Made by a program: the position numbers and the translations under genes. The notes under the pieces are model-generated. The model saw only the letters and a program-made list of their open reading frames with translations, was not told the origin of the DNA and did no database searches. A DNA stretch of 64,000 bases from Candidatus Magasanikiibacteriota bacterium (GTDB lineage: Bacteria; Patescibacteriota; Patescibacteriia; Magasanikbacterales; GWA2-37-8): assembly GCA_041666265.1 (NCBI GenBank), contig JBAYHH010000002.1:9096-73095 (forward strand), read 5' to 3'. This document shows positions 10,652 to 19,443 of the stretch, one piece after another. Each line of letters starts with the position of its first letter. The stretch's first letter is position 1.

Positions 10652-10680
10652 AAACCACAGCCCTGGGGCTGTGGATAACC
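10652..10680 (-). terminator. Rho-independent terminator downstream of rsmA (stem CCACAGCC/GGCTGTGG plus T-run); contains the DnaA-box 9-mer TTATCCACA
   Basis: The minus strand reads GGTTATCCACAGCCCCAGGGCTGTGGTTTTTTGTAAAAAA. Confidence 0.55.
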
Positions 10681-10703
10681 TTCATAATTATTACTACCGA
10701 TAT

Positions 10704-11849
10704 TTAAAGCTTCTCTGCTAATATTTTCCACTGCTCGACCGACAACTCCTGCGCTCGGACGGTGTTTTTTAGCCCCATTTCGTCAAAAACTTTGGCTAAT
10801 TCCGATTTTTTGGCGAGTGATGACAAGTTTTTTATCAAAAATTTACGACGATTGGCAAAACCGAGGCGAGCGATATCGAAAAAGCGTTTGGTGAACGCGA
10901 CAGATTCTTCGACTCCGCCCCGCCAGTCGGCGGGGCTGCGCTCAGAATGACAGGTGGGATCAATTGCCGGCTCACCGCCACTTGTCATCCCGAACGAATG
11001 TGAGGGATCTTCGTTGGTTTTACTTGTTGTTGGAGATTCTTCGCTTTGCCTGCCTGTCGGTAAGCAAGGCTCAGAATGACAGACATGGCCGATCACCGAA
11101 TCACTATTTTTTATATTTGATTTTTTATATTTGATTTTTATAATCGCGCTATCCACTTTTGGCTCGGGCCAAAAATTATCTCGGGTCACGACTGCCACTA
11201 TCTCTGGCTCGCCGTAATATTGCACAGCCAAAGATAATAGCGACATATCGCCCGGTCGCGCGCAAATTCTTTCGGCCACTTCTTTTTGCACCATCACGGT
11301 CATCGTCTCGGGCGGATTATTTGATTCTAAAAATTTACGAAGGACTTGAGATGTTATCTGGTATGGTAAATTCGCGATAACCTTATATTTTGTTTGGGGC
11401 GAGAATATTTCTTGTGAGCGGGTTATGCGACCGCAGTCGCATCCTTTCGCGCTCGCGCGCGAAAAAAGCGAACAAGATGTATTCTCGCCCCAATCAAAAT
11501 TCGCATGCAAAACATTCCCCCAGATAATTTGTAAATTTTTTATCGGAGCCAATCCCTCGCTTTGATCAGACTGACAAAATCGAGCCCAATATTTTTGTAA
11601 TTTTTTTTCAATCTCAAACGCGACCACTTGACCGGCGGTTTCGGCGAGCGCAAATGTCAGTACGCCAAACCCGGGTCCAACCTCGACCACGGTATCATTT
11701 TTTGTCACCCCCGCGGCCGCGATCATTTGATCGATCACTTCCGGGTTGATCAAATAATTCTGCCCATATTGACGGCTTGGGCGCAATCCGGCCTGCTGGC
11801 ATAAGTGTAATAAATAGTCGGGATTGAATAGCTTTTCGCGCATACTCAT
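10704..11849 (-). CDS. rsmA: 16S rRNA (adenine1518/1519-N6)-dimethyltransferase RsmA/KsgA, carrying three in-frame repeat-derived insertions
   Basis: The N-terminus has the KsgA signature ...LRPSRQYGQNYLINPEVIDQMIAAAGVTKNDTVVEVGPGFGVLTFALAE. At 381 aa it is about 100 aa longer than usual. The extra segments map exactly onto repeat DNA. Confidence 0.9.
   Translation of the reverse strand: MSMREKLFNPDYLLHLCQQAGLRPSRQYGQNYLINPEVIDQMIAAAGVTKNDTVVEVGPGFGVLTFALAETAGQVVAFEIEKKLQKYWARFCQSDQSEGLAPIKNLQIIWGNVLHANFDWGENTSCSLFSRASAKGCDCGRITRSQEIFSPQTKYKVIANLPYQITSQVLRKFLESNNPPETMTVMVQKEVAERICARPGDMSLLSLAVQYYGEPEIVAVVTRDNFWPEPKVDSAIIKIKYKKSNIKNSDSVIGHVCHSEPCLPTGRQSEESPTTSKTNEDPSHSFGMTSGGEPAIDPTCHSERSPADWRGGVEESVAFTKRFFDIARLGFANRRKFLIKNLSSLAKKSELAKVFDEMGLKNTVRAQELSVEQWKILAEKL
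10903..11082. repeat. Family-A palindromic repeat copy inserted in-frame in rsmA (encodes ...[56 protein letters not shown]...)
   Basis: The arms GATTCTTCGACTCCGCCCC...GCTCAGAATGACA and TGTCATCCCGAACGAATGTGAGGGATCT...GGCTCAGAATGACA are present. Confidence 0.85.
11104..11145. repeat. Family-C AT-rich short tandem repeat (AAAAATCAAATATA x2) inserted in-frame in rsmA (encodes IKIKYKKSNIK)
   Basis: A direct tandem is visible. Nearly the same unit sits in uvrC in the same frame. Confidence 0.7.
11393..11492. repeat. Family-B element (core TGAGCGGGTTATGCGACCGCAGTCGCATCCTTTCGCGCTCGCGCGCGAAAAAAGCGAA within a perfect 22-bp inverted repeat TTGGGGCGAGAATATTTCTTGT/ACAAGATGTATTCTCGCCCCAA) inserted in-frame in rsmA
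   Basis: It encodes WGENTSCSLFSRASAKGCDCGRITRSQEIFSPQ between conserved KsgA segments. The core is shared with the copies at 16356 and 29552. Confidence 0.8.
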
Positions 11850-11982
11850 ATAATAAATATCGGAGACAAAATTACAAATATAAAATTACAAATTCCAAAT
11901 AAACCTCGCCTACCGGCAGGCAGGTAATAAATAACAAATTCAAAAAGCGACTTGAGATTTGTGATTTTAAGAATGACAGTTG

Positions 11983-13128
11983 TCATTGAGCTAAACCGAC
12001 ATCGCTATAAACATTGCGCGCGTTCCACAGTATCCACCCATCGGCACGGGCGTCATCGCTCGCCCGAATTTGCGCGCTGATCTTGTCGCTATCATAGATC
12101 GCCCCCATATTAAACGCCTGCACCCAGGCGCGCAGACGCGCTTTTTGACCACTCGCCTGCTTCACTCCCGCGCTCATGGCGCTATACACCACTTCATAGG
12201 GGTGGTCGGCCGGATTTTTAAAATTTAAATAATTCGCGGGGTAGTGCGACGGATATACCATCGGGCACACATAATCAAAAAATTTCACCGCGTCTCCGAG
12301 GCGCTGGCCGATGCGCATATCGTCTTCGCCGTATTTTTCCGTGGTCAGGCCAAATAAATCCGCCGAAAGATACACGGGTTGATCTTTCATCTGCTCGGAA
12401 AAATATTTAAAAAAGTCCGCGATCACTTCGTAGCGTTGGCGCCCGCCGAGCTCATACAAAATATCGCTCATGTTGCCGTCAGTGGGAAAACGAATATAGT
12501 CGAGATTGATCTCGTCAAAACCAAGCTTAGCCGCCTCCTTCGCGATCGATACGATATAATCCCAAATTTCCGGACGAGCGGCGTTGACCCAAGCCAAATT
12601 ATTTTTATCGCGCCATGACTTGGTCGGATCGGATTTTGATTTGATCGCCCACTCCGGTTTTTTTTCCGCCAAAATCGGATCTTGAAAAGAGCTAACGCGA
12701 GCGATGGTGTAAATATTATGGCTTTTCAATTTCGCGATCAAGGCGCGCATATTTTTTACGCGCGTGTCTTTAAGTTTATTTTTTATCACAAACGGCAATT
12801 GCGAATCATACAAAACATAACCGGAATAATCTTTGATGTCGATAACGATGGAATTGAGTTCGGTGCGCTCGATGAGGCCGATGATCTCGTCGATTTTTTT
12901 GAGGTTGCCGGCGGAATAAGCGGTGAGATAGAGTCCTTTCACTTTTATCGGCGCGTGCTTGGCGCGTGCTTGGTTTTGACCAAGCGAATTTTCGGTAAAC
13001 GCCGTCATGGTACTTAGATCGTCGATTTGAGCGACTGAAATCTCGGATAGCGAGACCACAAAAACACACGCAAAAATCGCCGTGGACACAAATACTATCC
13101 AGATGGTTTTTTGGTCGATGCCGGACAT
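11983..13128 (-). CDS. Putative glycoside-hydrolase-like TIM-barrel protein (DUF4015/GHL family) with N-terminal TM anchor
   Basis: The core reads ...GLYLTAYSAGNLKKIDEIIGLIERTELNSIVIDIKDYSGYVLYDSQLPF...IARVSSFQDPILAEKKPEWAIK.... The likely start is MSGIDQKTIWIVFVSTAIFACVFVV (13128); the track ORF extends to 13221. Confidence 0.65.
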   Translation of the reverse strand: MSGIDQKTIWIVFVSTAIFACVFVVSLSEISVAQIDDLSTMTAFTENSLGQNQARAKHAPIKVKGLYLTAYSAGNLKKIDEIIGLIERTELNSIVIDIKDYSGYVLYDSQLPFVIKNKLKDTRVKNMRALIAKLKSHNIYTIARVSSFQDPILAEKKPEWAIKSKSDPTKSWRDKNNLAWVNAARPEIWDYIVSIAKEAAKLGFDEINLDYIRFPTDGNMSDILYELGGRQRYEVIADFFKYFSEQMKDQPVYLSADLFGLTTEKYGEDDMRIGQRLGDAVKFFDYVCPMVYPSHYPANYLNFKNPADHPYEVVYSAMSAGVKQASGQKARLRAWVQAFNMGAIYDSDKISAQIRASDDARADGWILWNARNVYSDVGLAQ

Positions 13129-13304
13129 AGCTTGTGTATTATACTGTGGATAAACCATCTTGACAATCACCACAAAATGTTGTAGTATTAAAGTAATGGT
13201 AGGTTTAGCTGTAAAGAACATTTACGCTCCGAACTCCAAAGCTCCCGCAAGGGAGTTTTTGGTTTTTATATTGTGTGATATAATTATTGCGCTGTCACCG
13301 AGAC

Positions 13305-13376
13305 GGGCCGAGTGTAAGTGGTTCTTACAGCCGGACCTACCATTCCTGCTTTGGGGTTCGATTCCCCCTCGGTCCA
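13305..13376 (+). ncRNA. tRNA-like element. Acceptor stem, D-arm and T-arm are good, but the anticodon stem is mispaired; a degenerate or pseudo-tRNA, or a non-canonical tRNA
   Basis: GGGCCGA gt GTAA gtggttc TTAC a gccggacctaccattcc tgctt TGGGG TTCGATT CCCCC TCGGTCC a. The T-loop TTCGATT and the 7-bp acceptor (one G-U) are clear. The CCA end is not encoded. Confidence 0.3.
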
Positions 13377-13415
13377 CGGCATCCATGCCCACCCTTACCC
13401 GGTGGGTTTTGGTTT

Positions 13416-16310
13416 TTAAAGTACGCGTTTAAGGTAGTGGCCGGTCGAGCTCACGGATTTTTTGGACACCTCCTCGGGCGTGCCGATGGCGATGATTTCT
13501 CCGCCCTTATCCCCGCCTTCGGGACCGAGATCGATGATCCAATCACAAGATTTGATCACATCGAGATTATGTTCAATCACCAGCACTGTATTACCTCGAT
13601 CCACCAGTCGCTGTAAAACCACAAGTAATTTTTTGACATCTTCGTAATGCAATCCGGTCGTGGGTTCGTCGAGCAGATACAAAGTTTTGGTCGTGCCATA
13701 GCGAGCAAGCTCGCGCGAAAGTTTGATCCGCTGAGCCTCGCCGCCCGATAGGGTCGGCGCGCTTTGACCCAAAGTCAAATAATCCAAACCGACCTCATTT
13801 AATATTTTTAATTTGTCGTAAATCATCGGGATGTCGCGAAAAAAATCTTCGGCGTCGGCAATCGTCATCTCCAAAATATCGGCGATTGATTTACCATTGT
13901 AATGCACAGCCAGAGTTTCGTTGGTAAATCGTTTGCCTTTGCACACATCGCAAACAATTTGCACGCTTGGTAAAAAATGCATCTCGATTTCGAGCGTGCC
14001 TTTGCCTTCGCAATTTTCGCATCTGCCCCCGGGCACATTGAAACTAAATCGACTATGACTAAACCCGCGCATGCGCGCTTCGGCGGTCGAGGCGAACAAA
14101 TCGCGGATATGATCAAAAGCCTTGGTATAAGTGGCGGGATTACTACGACTGGTGCGTCCGATCGCGCCCTGATCGATCGTGATGACGCCATCGAGATATT
14201 CCGTGCCGGTGACGCTGTGACATTTAACTTCTTTATCGGTGCGAAAAAGTTTGTTGATTACCGCTTGGCGCAAAACATCGTTCATGAGGGTGGACTTGCC
14301 CGAACCGGACACGCCGGTGAGACAAACAAAACGGCGCAAAGGAATCTCCACGGAAATATTTTTTAAATTATGTTCAAACGCTTTTTTGATTTTTAATTTG
14401 GGGGTCGAACTGCCGACATCGCGCCGTCGAAGCGGGAGCTCGATTTTCTTTTCTCCCCGGAGATATTGACCGGTGAGCGATTTTTTCGCGTCGCCGATAA
14501 TTGCTGTCCCAAAATTGTCATTCTGAGCGGAGTGAAACGAAGTCGAAAGCCTGCCCTGAGCGACAGTCGAATGGGAATCTATTCGCTTTTTGACGCCCTT
14601 GGATCCTTCGACTCGGCCTTGGGCCTCGTTCAGGATGACATTAACCGGACCGCTATAGACGATCTCACCGCCGTGTTTGCCGGCGCCGGGACCAATATCC
14701 ACCATCCAATCACTCTCGCGAATCGTATCTTCGTCGTGCTCCACCACGATGATAGTATTGCCGGCCTCGCACAGCGCGCGCAGAGTTTTGACGAGCTGAT
14801 CATTGTCGCGCTGATGAAGCCCGATCGTGGGCTCGTCGAGCACATACAGAGCGCCCACGAGTTTGGTGCCGACTTGCGACGCGAGCCGAATGCGTTGAGC
14901 TTCGCCGCCAGACAAAGTGCCGGCGCGCCGATTGAGGGTGAGATAATGCAGTCCCACATCATACATAAATTGCAGACGATTTTGGATTTCTTTTAGTACC
15001 ATGCCGGATATTTCCAATTCGCGCGGATCCATGTCCAATTCCGCCTGCGCGAAAAATTCGCGCGCCTCGGCGATCGACAAATTGGCCACTTCCCAAATAT
15101 TTTTTTGATGAATTTTTACCGCGAGCGCGTTGGTATTGAGGCGTTTGCCGGCGCACTGCGGACAGATTTCCGTGCTAAATAATTCTTTGGTGCCGAGACC
15201 GGTACAGGCCTCGCAATATCCATACGGACTATTAAATGAAAACAGGCGCGGTTCGATTTCAGGAAAAGAAAAACCGTCGTTCGGACACGAATACTGGGTG
15301 GAAAAAATCTGCTCATGGCCATCGGGATAAATCACGGCGCACAAACCATTGGACAAGTCGACCGCCGTTTCCACCGCTTCGGCGAGACGCTGGCTCACTT
15401 TATCTGTCATCCCGAACGAATGTGAGGGATCTCCACTCGTTCGTTTTTTGTGTCTTGGAGATTCTTCGCTTCGCCTGCCTGCCGGCAGGCAAGGCTCAGA
15501 ATGACAATCGTCATACGAAATTTTATCCACCACCACCTCAATCGTATGCTTATTATTTTTTTCCAAATCTATGCGCTCGCGTAAACTTTTTATTTTGCCA
15601 TCGACGCGCACTTCCAGAAATCCGCTATTGTAAAAATCGTAAAGCATCTGATAATATTCGCCTTTCCGACCACGCACCACGGGCGATAATATCGTCAACT
15701 CACCAACATTGTCATTCTGAGCGGAGCGAAGCGGAGTCGAAGAATCTATTCGCTTTCCATTGTTTTTAGATCCTTCGATTCGGCCCGCCGATTGGCGGGC
15801 CTCGCTCAGGATGACAGCGCTCATTTCATCGACAGTCATTTTTTCTATTCGGTGTCCGCACTGGGGACAATGAGGCACGCCCACGCGCGCGTATAATACG
15901 CGCAAATAATCATAAATCTCGGTGATGGTAGCGACGGTCGAGCGCGGATTGCCGGAGTGCGCTTTTTGATCAATGGAAATCGCCGGCGACAAACCCTCGA
16001 TCTCATCGACATCGGGTTTTTGCATACCACCCAAAAATTGACGGGCGTAAGCGGAAAGAGATTCAATATATCGACGCTGGCCCTCGGCAAAAATAGTATC
16101 AAAAGCCAAACTCGATTTTCCCGAGCCTGACAACCCCGTGAATACCACCATTTTGTTGCGTGGTATTTCCAGGTTAATATTTTTTAAATTGTGCTCGCGC
16201 GCGCCTTTGATGATTATCTTGTCTTTCATATTTGTTTTGAAACGCCAAATCGGCCCGAAAATCGAACCGCCTAAAACACTACCATGAAAAGAGCGTGGGT
16301 ATAATACCAA
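13416..16310 (-). CDS. uvrA: Excinuclease ABC subunit A (UvrA) with three in-frame family-A repeat insertions
   Basis: Two ABC ATPase modules are present ([23 protein letters not shown]; [15 protein letters not shown]), plus Zn modules and LSGGEAQRI signatures. The likely true start is MKDKIIIKG (about 16229). Three segments ([33 protein letters not shown]; [35 protein letters not shown]; [37 protein letters not shown]) coincide with repeat DNA. Confidence 0.95.
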   Translation of the reverse strand: MVLYPRSFHGSVLGGSIFGPIWRFKTNMKDKIIIKGAREHNLKNINLEIPRNKMVVFTGLSGSGKSSLAFDTIFAEGQRRYIESLSAYARQFLGGMQKPDVDEIEGLSPAISIDQKAHSGNPRSTVATITEIYDYLRVLYARVGVPHCPQCGHRIEKMTVDEMSAVILSEARQSAGRIEGSKNNGKRIDSSTPLRSAQNDNVGELTILSPVVRGRKGEYYQMLYDFYNSGFLEVRVDGKIKSLRERIDLEKNNKHTIEVVVDKISYDDCHSEPCLPAGRRSEESPRHKKRTSGDPSHSFGMTDKVSQRLAEAVETAVDLSNGLCAVIYPDGHEQIFSTQYSCPNDGFSFPEIEPRLFSFNSPYGYCEACTGLGTKELFSTEICPQCAGKRLNTNALAVKIHQKNIWEVANLSIAEAREFFAQAELDMDPRELEISGMVLKEIQNRLQFMYDVGLHYLTLNRRAGTLSGGEAQRIRLASQVGTKLVGALYVLDEPTIGLHQRDNDQLVKTLRALCEAGNTIIVVEHDEDTIRESDWMVDIGPGAGKHGGEIVYSGPVNVILNEAQGRVEGSKGVKKRIDSHSTVAQGRLSTSFHSAQNDNFGTAIIGDAKKSLTGQYLRGEKKIELPLRRRDVGSSTPKLKIKKAFEHNLKNISVEIPLRRFVCLTGVSGSGKSTLMNDVLRQAVINKLFRTDKEVKCHSVTGTEYLDGVITIDQGAIGRTSRSNPATYTKAFDHIRDLFASTAEARMRGFSHSRFSFNVPGGRCENCEGKGTLEIEMHFLPSVQIVCDVCKGKRFTNETLAVHYNGKSIADILEMTIADAEDFFRDIPMIYDKLKILNEVGLDYLTLGQSAPTLSGGEAQRIKLSRELARYGTTKTLYLLDEPTTGLHYEDVKKLLVVLQRLVDRGNTVLVIEHNLDVIKSCDWIIDLGPEGGDKGGEIIAIGTPEEVSKKSVSSTGHYLKRVL
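14516..14640. repeat. Family-A palindromic repeat, in-frame in uvrA
   Basis: TGTCATTCTGAGCGGAGTGAAACGAAGTCGAAAG...GGATCCTTCGACTCGGCCTTGGGCCTCGTTCAGGATGACA. Confidence 0.85.
15405..15506. repeat. Family-A palindromic repeat, in-frame in uvrA
   Basis: TGTCATCCCGAACGAATGTGAGGGATCTCC...GAGATTCTTCGCTTCGCCTGCCTGCCGGCAGGCAAGGCTCAGAATGACA. Confidence 0.85.
15710..15816. repeat. Family-A palindromic repeat (full unit with outer and inner inverted repeats), in-frame in uvrA
   Basis: TGTCATTCTGAGCGGAGCGAAGCGGAGTCGAAGAATC...GATCCTTCGATTCGGCCCGCCGATTGGCGGGCCTCGCTCAGGATGACA. Confidence 0.9.
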
Positions 16311-16355
16311 ATCAGTATGAGATTGTCAACAATTTATCACAACCATCATATTTAA

Positions 16356-16475
16356 CGACAAAAATAATTTACGACAATTTGTCTCTTGAGCGGGTTATGA
16401 CGCCGAAGCGTCATCCCCGAGACCTCGCGGTCGAGGAAAGCGAAAGAGATAAATTGTCGTAAATTATTTTTGTCG
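16356..16475. repeat. Family-B element: core TTGAGCGGGTTATGACGCCGAAGCGTCATCC...GAAAGCGAAAGAG within a perfect 30-bp inverted repeat (CGACAAAAATAATTTACGACAATTTGTCTC / GAGATAAATTGTCGTAAATTATTTTTGTCG); the right arm overlaps the last codons and stop of uvrB
   Basis: The palindrome is visible directly. The uvrB C-terminal codons VLKRQK* are encoded by the right arm. Confidence 0.8.
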
Positions 16476-18548
16476 CTTTAGCACCACCACTTCATCGCGC
16501 AGTATCGCCGCCAGCTCAAACTGCAAATCTTTGGCCGCCGCGCGCATTTGTTTTTCTTTGTCTTTGATAATTTCGCTAAGCGGTCGATCATCGGCTCGAA
16601 TTTCCAAATCTAAGATCGCTTGCGCCCGCGCCTCGGCGGTTTTGTTTTTCAGTCCTTTGACTTTGGAACCGGTCAAACCAAATTCTTCCAAAATATTTTT
16701 GATGGTTTTTTCAATCGTTTTGGGAGTAATGCCGTGGGTTTGATTATATGACAGTTGAATAGCGCGCCGGCGATCGGTCTCGGCGACGGCCCGCTCGATC
16801 GAACCGGTGATCTTGTCCGCGTAAATCACCACTTGACCATTGACATTGCGCGCGGCCCGGCCGATGGTCTGAATGAGCGAGGTGGTATTGCGCAAAAATC
16901 CTTCTTTATCGCCGTCCAAAATCGCGACCAGCGAAACCTCGGGCAAATCCAATCCCTCACGCAATAAATTCACGCCCACGATCACATCGATCTCGCCTCG
17001 GCGCAATGAAGTAATGATTTCAATACGCTCTAAAGTATCAATATCGCTATGCAGGTATTTAGTTTTTATTTTGCGCGCGCGCAAATATTCGTCCAAATCT
17101 TCGGCCATTTTTTTGGTGAGCGTCGTCACCAACACGCGTTCTTTTATCTTGACTCGCTCTTCGATGCGAATAATTAGATCTGCGATTTGCGATTGTTTGC
17201 CGATAACCGGCCGAATAATCACCGCCGGATCCACGAGCCCGGTCGGTCGGACGATTTGCTCTACCACCTGATCGCTCGCAGCGAGCTCAAAGTCATCGGG
17301 TGTGGCCGAAGTATAGATACACTGTCCCACTCGCTCTTCAAATTCGGCAAAATTCAAAGGGCGATTATCACGCGCGCTCGGCAATCGAAATCCATGCTCG
17401 ATAAGCACATCCTTGCGCGCTCGGTCGCCGGCGTACATACCGCGAATTTGCGGGATGGTCACATGCGATTCGTCGATCATGGTGAGAAAGTCTCTTTTGT
17501 CGGAGGAAAAATTGCCTTTTTGATCGATAGAATGCGCCAGGTAATCGAGCAAGGTGTAGGCCGGCTCGCCCTGACTGCGCCCATCGAAATAGCGCGAATA
17601 ATTTTCGATCCCGCTGCAAAAGCCGGTATTTTTTATCATCTCCATGTCATAGCGCGTGCGTCGTTTAAGGCGTTCGTATTCGAGTACCTTGCCGGCATCT
17701 TCGAACTCTTGGAGGCGCTCATCCAAATCACGATAAATATCATTAAACGCTTTTTCAGTCTCGCTTTTGGAAGCGGCGTAATGTTTAGCCGGAAACAGCC
17801 AAATTATTTCTTCTTGATTTTTCACGGCTCTCGTCACCGCGTCCAATTTTTCAATGCGATCGATTTGATCGCTGACCTCGACGCGATAAATCACCTCTTC
17901 CCCGACCGGCATCACTTCAAACACTTGACCGCGCAAGCGAAATTTTCCGCGAGTTAGATCGCTATTGGTACGCTCAAATTGCATATCGATAAGCGCAGCC
18001 GTGAGACCGACGCGATCAAATTTTTGTCCGCGCGCGATTTGGAATACTTTGTTTAAATATTCTTGAGGTGATCCGAGATTGTAAATCGCCGATACCGACG
18101 CCACGATGATCACATCACTGCGTGTGAGCAGCGCCTGGGTGCAAGCGTGGCGCAAGCGATCGATTTCTTGGTTGATCATCGCCTCTTTTTCAATATAAGT
18201 GTCGCTCGCCGGCAAGTAAGCCTCGGGTTGATAATAATCATAATACGACACAAAATACTCCACCGCGTTATCGGGAAAAAATTCACGAAACTCATTACAC
18301 AATTGAGCGGCCAAAGTTTTGTTGTGCGCGATCACGAGTGTTGGCATTTGCGCTTGCGCGATCACATTCGCCATGGTAAAAGTCTTGCCCGAACCGGTGA
18401 CGCCAAGCAGTGTCTGGCGGCGCATTTTTTTTCTCAAACCAAAAACCAGTTTCTCAATGGCTTGGGGTTGATCGCCGGCCGGCTGATAGGTGGAATGCAA
18501 TTTAAACACAATTATTTCAAATTTAAAGCAATAATTTTTTCTAACCAA
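16464..18548 (-). CDS. uvrB: Excinuclease ABC subunit B (UvrB)
   Basis: FKLHSTYQPAGDQPQAIEKL...GVTGSGKTFTMANVI... and helicase motifs are present. The true start may be a GTG at 18509 (giving MFKLHSTYQ...), which would remove the overlap with the upstream gene. Confidence 0.95.
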   Translation of the reverse strand: MVRKNYCFKFEIIVFKLHSTYQPAGDQPQAIEKLVFGLRKKMRRQTLLGVTGSGKTFTMANVIAQAQMPTLVIAHNKTLAAQLCNEFREFFPDNAVEYFVSYYDYYQPEAYLPASDTYIEKEAMINQEIDRLRHACTQALLTRSDVIIVASVSAIYNLGSPQEYLNKVFQIARGQKFDRVGLTAALIDMQFERTNSDLTRGKFRLRGQVFEVMPVGEEVIYRVEVSDQIDRIEKLDAVTRAVKNQEEIIWLFPAKHYAASKSETEKAFNDIYRDLDERLQEFEDAGKVLEYERLKRRTRYDMEMIKNTGFCSGIENYSRYFDGRSQGEPAYTLLDYLAHSIDQKGNFSSDKRDFLTMIDESHVTIPQIRGMYAGDRARKDVLIEHGFRLPSARDNRPLNFAEFEERVGQCIYTSATPDDFELAASDQVVEQIVRPTGLVDPAVIIRPVIGKQSQIADLIIRIEERVKIKERVLVTTLTKKMAEDLDEYLRARKIKTKYLHSDIDTLERIEIITSLRRGEIDVIVGVNLLREGLDLPEVSLVAILDGDKEGFLRNTTSLIQTIGRAARNVNGQVVIYADKITGSIERAVAETDRRRAIQLSYNQTHGITPKTIEKTIKNILEEFGLTGSKVKGLKNKTAEARAQAILDLEIRADDRPLSEIIKDKEKQMRAAAKDLQFELAAILRDEVVVLKRQK

Positions 18549-19438
18549 ATTTTTTGATAATACTCGCGGCGATCGTTTTCGTGTAATTTGATCACACTGC
18601 TATCGATCACGACAGATTGATCACGGCGCTCGGACGCGTTTTTTAATGATAGTTTAAATTTTTGCCACTGAAGCGCGCGCGCTTGTTTTTCAACCATGGC
18701 ACCATATACACCGCCCCACATTTTTTCCCAGATCGCTTTCCAAATTTTACCCCAGCGCGTCTCGCCTACCGCGGGTGTGAAATTATTCACAAAAGCATGG
18801 GGCAATAATTTTTCGACCCAGCTATTGGCGCCGATCAGTGATTCGTAGTATCGACTCGGATCATATAATGGAGACAAATTAAAAAGCCAATAGGCCAGGT
18901 AAATATCCGGCTCGGAAATTCGCAATGACGCTAAATTTAATTTTTTTTGATCCAGATAAAACGAGAGGCAAATTCGCCCGGCGCTATGTCCGCCATAAGT
19001 GCGCAGTCGAAATAATCGCAAAATCAAATTCGTGAATAAGCGCGCGATCCAGATCCTCCCCGTAGCGGTAATAATAAAAAAGTCGATGTCGCTATCGGCC
19101 GACGCTTGGCCGAAACCCACGCTATTGCAGATATAAATCGACCGCACGAATGGCACCGAGCGAATCAGTTTGGCCGCCCTGATCGCGATGGGCATTTTTT
19201 GCTCGCTTTGGCGATTGGCTTCGAGCCGCAGCGCTATCGTTTCACTGCGCCCGGGTAAAAAGTAATAACTATCTTTGGTTTCGATTTTTTTATCCGCTGT
19301 CAATTTTTCGATATTTTTTTTAAAAACCTCGTCATTTATCACTTTCATCGACCACAAAAATCGCTTAAGTTCATCGAACTTAAGCGGGTAATTAAAAATG
19401 TCGAAATACGCCAAAGTTTTTATGATCGCGCTTTCCAT
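18512..19438 (-). CDS. Hypothetical protein; possible minimal nucleotidyltransferase fold (NSVGFGQASADSDIDFFIIT resembles the GS-x9-13-DxD motif)
   Basis: Complete ORF, co-oriented and tightly packed with the neighbouring genes. Confidence 0.5.
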   Translation of the reverse strand: MESAIIKTLAYFDIFNYPLKFDELKRFLWSMKVINDEVFKKNIEKLTADKKIETKDSYYFLPGRSETIALRLEANRQSEQKMPIAIRAAKLIRSVPFVRSIYICNSVGFGQASADSDIDFFIITATGRIWIARLFTNLILRLFRLRTYGGHSAGRICLSFYLDQKKLNLASLRISEPDIYLAYWLFNLSPLYDPSRYYESLIGANSWVEKLLPHAFVNNFTPAVGETRWGKIWKAIWEKMWGGVYGAMVEKQARALQWQKFKLSLKNASERRDQSVVIDSSVIKLHENDRREYYQKIWLEKIIALNLK

Positions 19439-19443
19439 AATAA

